A model generated the notes under the pieces. It did no database searches and was not told where the DNA came from. It was given only the letters and a program-made list of their open reading frames with translations. From the NCBI GenBank assembly GCA_032718475.1, contig JAUCBJ010008489.1, forward strand, positions 1 to 39,302: a stretch of DNA of 39,302 nt. The letters run 5' to 3'. Positions 34,356 to 39,302 of this stretch are shown in pieces. Each line of letters begins with the position of its first letter. The first letter of the stretch is position 1. The position numbers were made by a program, and so were the translations under genes. The DNA comes from Nemertoderma westbladi. Its lineage: Eukaryota; Animalia; Xenacoelomorpha.

Positions 34356-36878
34356 TGTTACGGTATATGGCGCTGTATCCACATTATTAGTCATTATGCA
34401 GTATGCAATATTATTCCATTATGCAGTATGCAATATTAGTCCGTTATACTGTACGTAATATTAGTCCATTGTGCAGCATGATATTTTAGATAAGGCATAA
34501 TAACGCAATGATATTTAGATAGGGAAATCGAAACACCCATATATTTGAATCCATCCATTTTGTATAGTATGTAGCCCTACCTACGTAATTTTGTATTAGG
34601 ATATATGTAGATAGTTCCAGGGTAGCAAGTTTATTCGGACCCTGGATTTTGTGCTTGCTGATATTAGCATCGATAGGGCTAGCATATAGGGACGCTGTCC
34701 TGGCCATTCAGCAGCCAGGGACGTGAACCATTACCATATATGGTAATAATTCGAGGTTTGGGCAAGCGATAGGGCTACAATCCGGCCTCCTTATTGGACT
34801 AACTGCTTCCAGGTTGGTCTAATGCTAGCACGGACTGGAGAGCCAATAGGAGAGCGATTGAGTCACCCTATTGCATCACCCCATCCGGATCACCTATAAA
34901 TTGGCGGTGTGCCGGTAGAGCCTCACATGACACCTCACATGATCTGCTATCACCTTGTACTTGCTGAGCTGTCTCTATTCATTTTGACGGATATTTTAGC
35001 GTATTTTCTGCAATTTGCTAATTTTGATTAATTTCTTGGAATGATTTGCTAGTGCGATTACTTTTGATTGTGTTTCTCAATTAATTCCTTCGATTACTGC
35101 TAATTACAACTGAACTATGATTTCTACCTTTTGATTAATGGTTCTATGTGATTCCTTTCTGCGCAATAATCCTAAGGGATTTCTGAGACTGTCAGACTTT
35201 GAGATTTGCATGCGCCGCTACGGTAGCTATTAGCATAATGGAGGGCTAAGGTGCCAGTGGGCGGTGGGCACATCGGGGGGTTGAGCGACTAGGGAGAGCG
35301 GAGGATTCAAAGACGGGCAACGCTGGCGGGGGTCACCGTTGCAGGCGGGCACTTGCACTGTAACACGCAGACCATTCGCCGATACAGTAACTAGGGGGCT
35401 GATGATCCAGGTTTTGTCTCTATTTAGTATTAGGGGGGCAGGAATCGGGTTAGTTAGGAATCCTAGATGTATCCGGGAGAGGCCTGCGCGTATTACAACG
35501 TTGAGTGTGGAGTACGAATAGTGAGTCGCATAATTGTGGGCTATACACAGTAGTTAACTGCATAATTGCGAACTGTGATTGCTGACGCTGATTGGTGTGT
35601 TATTGAAGTGTGCCTATGATTGTGAATGTTTAGGTAGGCGCCCTTTTCTCTTTGATTGATTTCTATTTCTTAGTTACAACAATTAGTTACTGATTAGGTC
35701 AAAGTAATACGGCAATTTAGGCTATTACTAGCGAAACCTGTTGCGTGATAAATTAGAATTACGTATTCTGGAACTCTTAGTAATTAGTACGCTGTTAAAT
35801 ATTTGTGACTGTAACTGATTAGTAAAAATTAAGAATTAGTACGCAGCATAGCGGAGAGTAGCTAAGGTAATAATTAGAGTACTGTAAACTATTCACGCTG
35901 AGCGGTTATTTGCATTAGCGGGCAATCAGCTAGATCGCACTATTCGGTACGCACGATACGCTAGTAATTTGCTGGCCTAAAGCCAGCCGCAGGCAAGTTT
36001 AGACCCAGAGCGGTACTATCCACGTAGAAACGATTACTGTATCATTTTGATTATTTAAATATTCTTGCATTCACACATTACGTTAGAGAACCCCCAGTAT
36101 TCGCGATTAGAAAAGACGTAGGCAATAGCGTGCTTTAATAGTGATAGAATTAGGCGTAAGAATACTCTGAGTGCAAAGCCTCTCGCACTCGTCTTAAGTA
36201 AGCTTAGGGAGCCGACTCGGGTTTATTGTTTTGGTTATTCCCGCGTGGCTCATAGATTCGAACAGTTAGCTCTCTATCGAGCGATCGGTAGAGAAAGGAA
36301 CAAGCGATTTTGCAGGAGTTGTGTAAAATTAGTAAAATATATTAGCGGACGGCAGATTAGCGCCATCCAACGGTAAGTAGCGGTTTTGTATTTAGCCACC
36401 TTTACAATTTAGTAATATCACGCTCCTGATCCCCTTTACTTAACAGTAGAGCATTCTTTGTGTCTTATTGGTTAGGCAAGAGCTCATTAGGTTGACAGAA
36501 GGATATTAACGGGTATTGGTCTGTTCAACAGTGCTGCTGTTAGTATAGAGGTCGCGGTTGTTTATCACAAAGGGTTAAGGAAACATCCAACCCACACTTG
36601 ATGAGGTACAGCTTCCATTCTTTGTCGCCGCAGACGCCTGTTGGATTTACTGCGTTAGGAAAGTAGCTGACTCTGACAGCAGAGAGCTTTATGCAATCAA
36701 TATAGTCTCAAAGGGAATCAAAGGCGGCAAGTATTAAGACCTATTATTGAACAATTATTAGTAACTAACCTTAGTATAGATACCATTGTATGTTAATTTA
36801 TCACTTTAAATTACATTCTTATGATTAACGGTCTCAGACAGACTGCTTGGCGCCTGGCTTCCGCCAATTTTTACAACA
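34356..36878 (+). repeat. Putative 3' LTR of the BEL element (start supported, end tentative)
   Basis: AGGGAAA..TTTCCCT hairpin and GGAGCGG purine-rich tract then TGTTAC; 25-bp tandem repeats (34385-34480), CCAAT (~34844) and TATAAA (~34895); no 5' LTR in the window for comparison. Confidence 0.4.
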
Positions 36879-36990
36879 ACCAACAATGACCAACTACAGA
36901 TACGACCCGCCAAGCTGCTGCAAAGCCCCTATATTTAGTGGGCCAGTTATTTCTCTTACATTAGAATCCCTGAAACCAGTGTCGCAGCCA

Positions 36991-37325
36991 CTACTACAGT
37001 ACTATTACTACTACTACGATCGGCATGCTGCATTGCAGTTGCATTATATATATATTACATACATATTAAGAATCCTATGCCGGCTTGCTGACAAAATTGC
37101 GCCGCCACAACACCCTATCACCCATGACATTCGCTAGATCATCAGCATTTTCAAGACCAGTGTCCTTTAAGATGCGTCTCAACAAAGTCATCGGCTGGCT
37201 GGCACCATGTCTATTCGTTCCATGAGGCCTCCAAAGCATAAGATTATGCACTGGCTGGTCATCACGGCGAAAGCAATGTCCTGCAAAGCGGAAGCGGTTC
37301 CGTTCAATACAATTTTGATGGAATA
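36991..37325 (-). pseudogene. RTE LINE 3' end fragment
   Basis: NRFRFAGHCFRRDDQPVHNLMLW...DDLANVMGDRVLWRRNFVSKPA, same 3' UTR (TGCAATGCAGCATGCCGATC) and (TAG)n tail as 28164-30418. Confidence 0.93.
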
Positions 37326-37329
37326 AGGG

Positions 37330-38090
37330 TTTTCGAGGACGCTGATCACGACAACACTTGATAAAAATATTTTCTGGAAATGCAAACATCATTTATTTGA
37401 ACCCCAGAACGAAAATAAAAAGTAGAAAAAATTTCAAACTGTTAAGTTTTCAAAGCCTCTGATCACGATACATTTCGTTAAAAATCATTCGTGGTAACGC
37501 GACTATAATTTTTGGTTTTTGTCTGGTGGGACAAAAAAACAAGTAGGTTGAAATTTCAAACGGCAAAAATCGAGTTTGGTTGGATAACACAATATTTTTG
37601 AGTGTCTTATTCGTGATCAGAATCTCCGTAAACCCAATGTAATAATAAGGTTGATTTGGAAATGATTGTTATATATTTAAAATTTGTGGGACATGTATTT
37701 TTCGTGCCGCACATTGACACGTATCTAAAAAAGCCGTTATCAACAAGGTAGGTTATTTTTCAGTGCCATGTTCGTGATCAGCATCCCAAAAAACCCATAT
37801 GGTCATAAATTCAATTTGATTTCGCGGTGATTTTCATTATCATATTTCCACTACCTGTACTTGTTTTTTTGTGCTCCAGGGGGTACAAATACCTGAATGA
37901 TAACTACTGTAATATAACAACATGCCTAAGTTGTTACACATTTATTAGCGGGATGATAACTATCCCTAATGCTGGGCTACGGCCAAAAAAGTTATTTTGC
38001 CCTAGGGCAAAATAACCATGTTATTCCCTCTTAGAAGTAGTGAAGTGTTACATACTGACATACACGAAGTGGGGCCTTCGCGCAGCACGT
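37330..38090. mobile_element. Probable old non-autonomous interspersed repeat (Helitron-like)
   Basis: Recurring (C)GTGATCAG motifs, ending in ACATACTGACATACAC plus GTGGGGCCTTCGCGCAGCACG shared with 1885-1905. Confidence 0.3.
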
Positions 38091-39302
38091 GACTTAAATT
38101 TAATTTAAGTACTAATTCGAAAGTATTACTGTATTAGCAAATTTTAAGCAGATTTCGCCTAATCACTTTTTACCTCTTTCATTTCTATTCAGACATTTCT
38201 GACTCTAGCGGTATAGTGAGAACTGAAGATGGATTAGGGTCTCCAGCCCCACAAAGACACAGCCTATGAATGAATAGTACATACGTACATCGGCCAAGTT
38301 TCATCTTGAATAACGGATAACGAAATGAGAGACGGATCTCACTTTCAGAAATTTCGTCGTATAGCGGCAGACCGATTAAATCCCCCCCCCCCCACAAAGA
38401 CGCAGCATGTGGTCCAGAATATATGGCAAGATTCAGCTTAAACTGATTAAAATCAATGAGACGGGAGAATCTATTCACTTTCAGGCATAAAGTAGTCCTA
38501 TAGCGGGTGACTGTTGAACTGATTTTCAACAAAACAAATTTTCAACTTGGCAGCTTTAAATTCGACAAAGTTATAAGCATGTCAATATCATAACGACGAC
38601 AACGATTTCACTTTCAGACATTTGGCCCTCTAGCGGCAGACTGGAGAACTGCAGATGGATTCGCCTCCTTTGAAAGTCACAGCTAATGGTCTAATACATA
38701 TCTGCCAAGTTTCAGCTTAAACGGATTAAAAGCAAAGAAATGGGAGGGTGTTAGGATCTACTATTAACAGGTAAAGCCATGCTACACAGAATATAGGCCA
38801 TGCCAGTTTATGTAGGCCTGTTACCGTGTAACACATGGCTACAGACTACAGTAATTATATACCGGTACCGCATTATACAATAGTTGTGTTGTGTCAGCGC
38901 GTTGCTTGACCTAATGCAGTAATACTGTAGTCAGACTACTTTATTATTATAAGATACTAACCGTGTTGGGAGTAACTCATAACTGATTAGTTTTACATTG
39001 CTACATCGGACAGGGATATCCAACAATTGGCGCTGCGATGGAAAATATTGAACACATACACGCGGTTACACAAGCAGACAGGTTTTGAAGTACCTATGCT
39101 TACCTACAGCTTCATGTAGGCCTACAACGTAGATTACAGCATTCAGTAATTACAGAAGTTCAGCATTAGGCCTACATGCCTACAGCCTACGCCGAACTAC
39201 TAATGCATACAAATGTCTACAACATACCAGTACCGGTATTTCAGAAATTACGTTTAAATTGAACACGTTATACGCCGTTGTTCTATAATTCGGACGCCAA
39301 CC

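Noticed and set aside
16936-34356. Treating the gag-only element and the downstream pol as one BEL element
   Set aside because: An LTR, a duplicated gag start and an inverted RTE piece separate them, and the LTR at 34356 shares only TGTTA with 16936/22888
36848-36865. TGGCGCC as a PBS marking a 5' LTR end
   Set aside because: Not preceded by a CA terminus and no gag follows

Overview
AT-rich eukaryotic (probably invertebrate animal) genomic DNA dominated by nested retroelements around one intronless host gene (PREB/SEC12, 6276-7517). Left to right: (1) an L2/CR1-like LINE remnant split by a Gypsy (Mag-like) LTR element (882-5255, CCTTT TSD) that is internally deleted and carries a ~1.5 kb insertion in gag; (2) PREB; (3) minisatellites (44, 16 and 68 bp units), a MITE-like foldback and RTE LINE remnants; (4) a gag-only BEL/Pao-like LTR element (16936-23484) with no recognisable PBS and a hairpin-repeat array in place of pol, followed by a partial tandem copy; (5) the 3' half of a BEL/Pao element (RNase H-integrase) with an extra ORF in the env position. 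That ORF is split by a young RTE LINE (12-bp TSD) and by four -1 frameshifts. Once rejoined it encodes ~1,100 aa with a WRN/EXD/Mut-7-like DEDDy 3'-5' exonuclease domain and three CCHC zinc knuckles, which is the most interesting feature of the window. All family assignments come from motif recognition by eye; no database searches were run.
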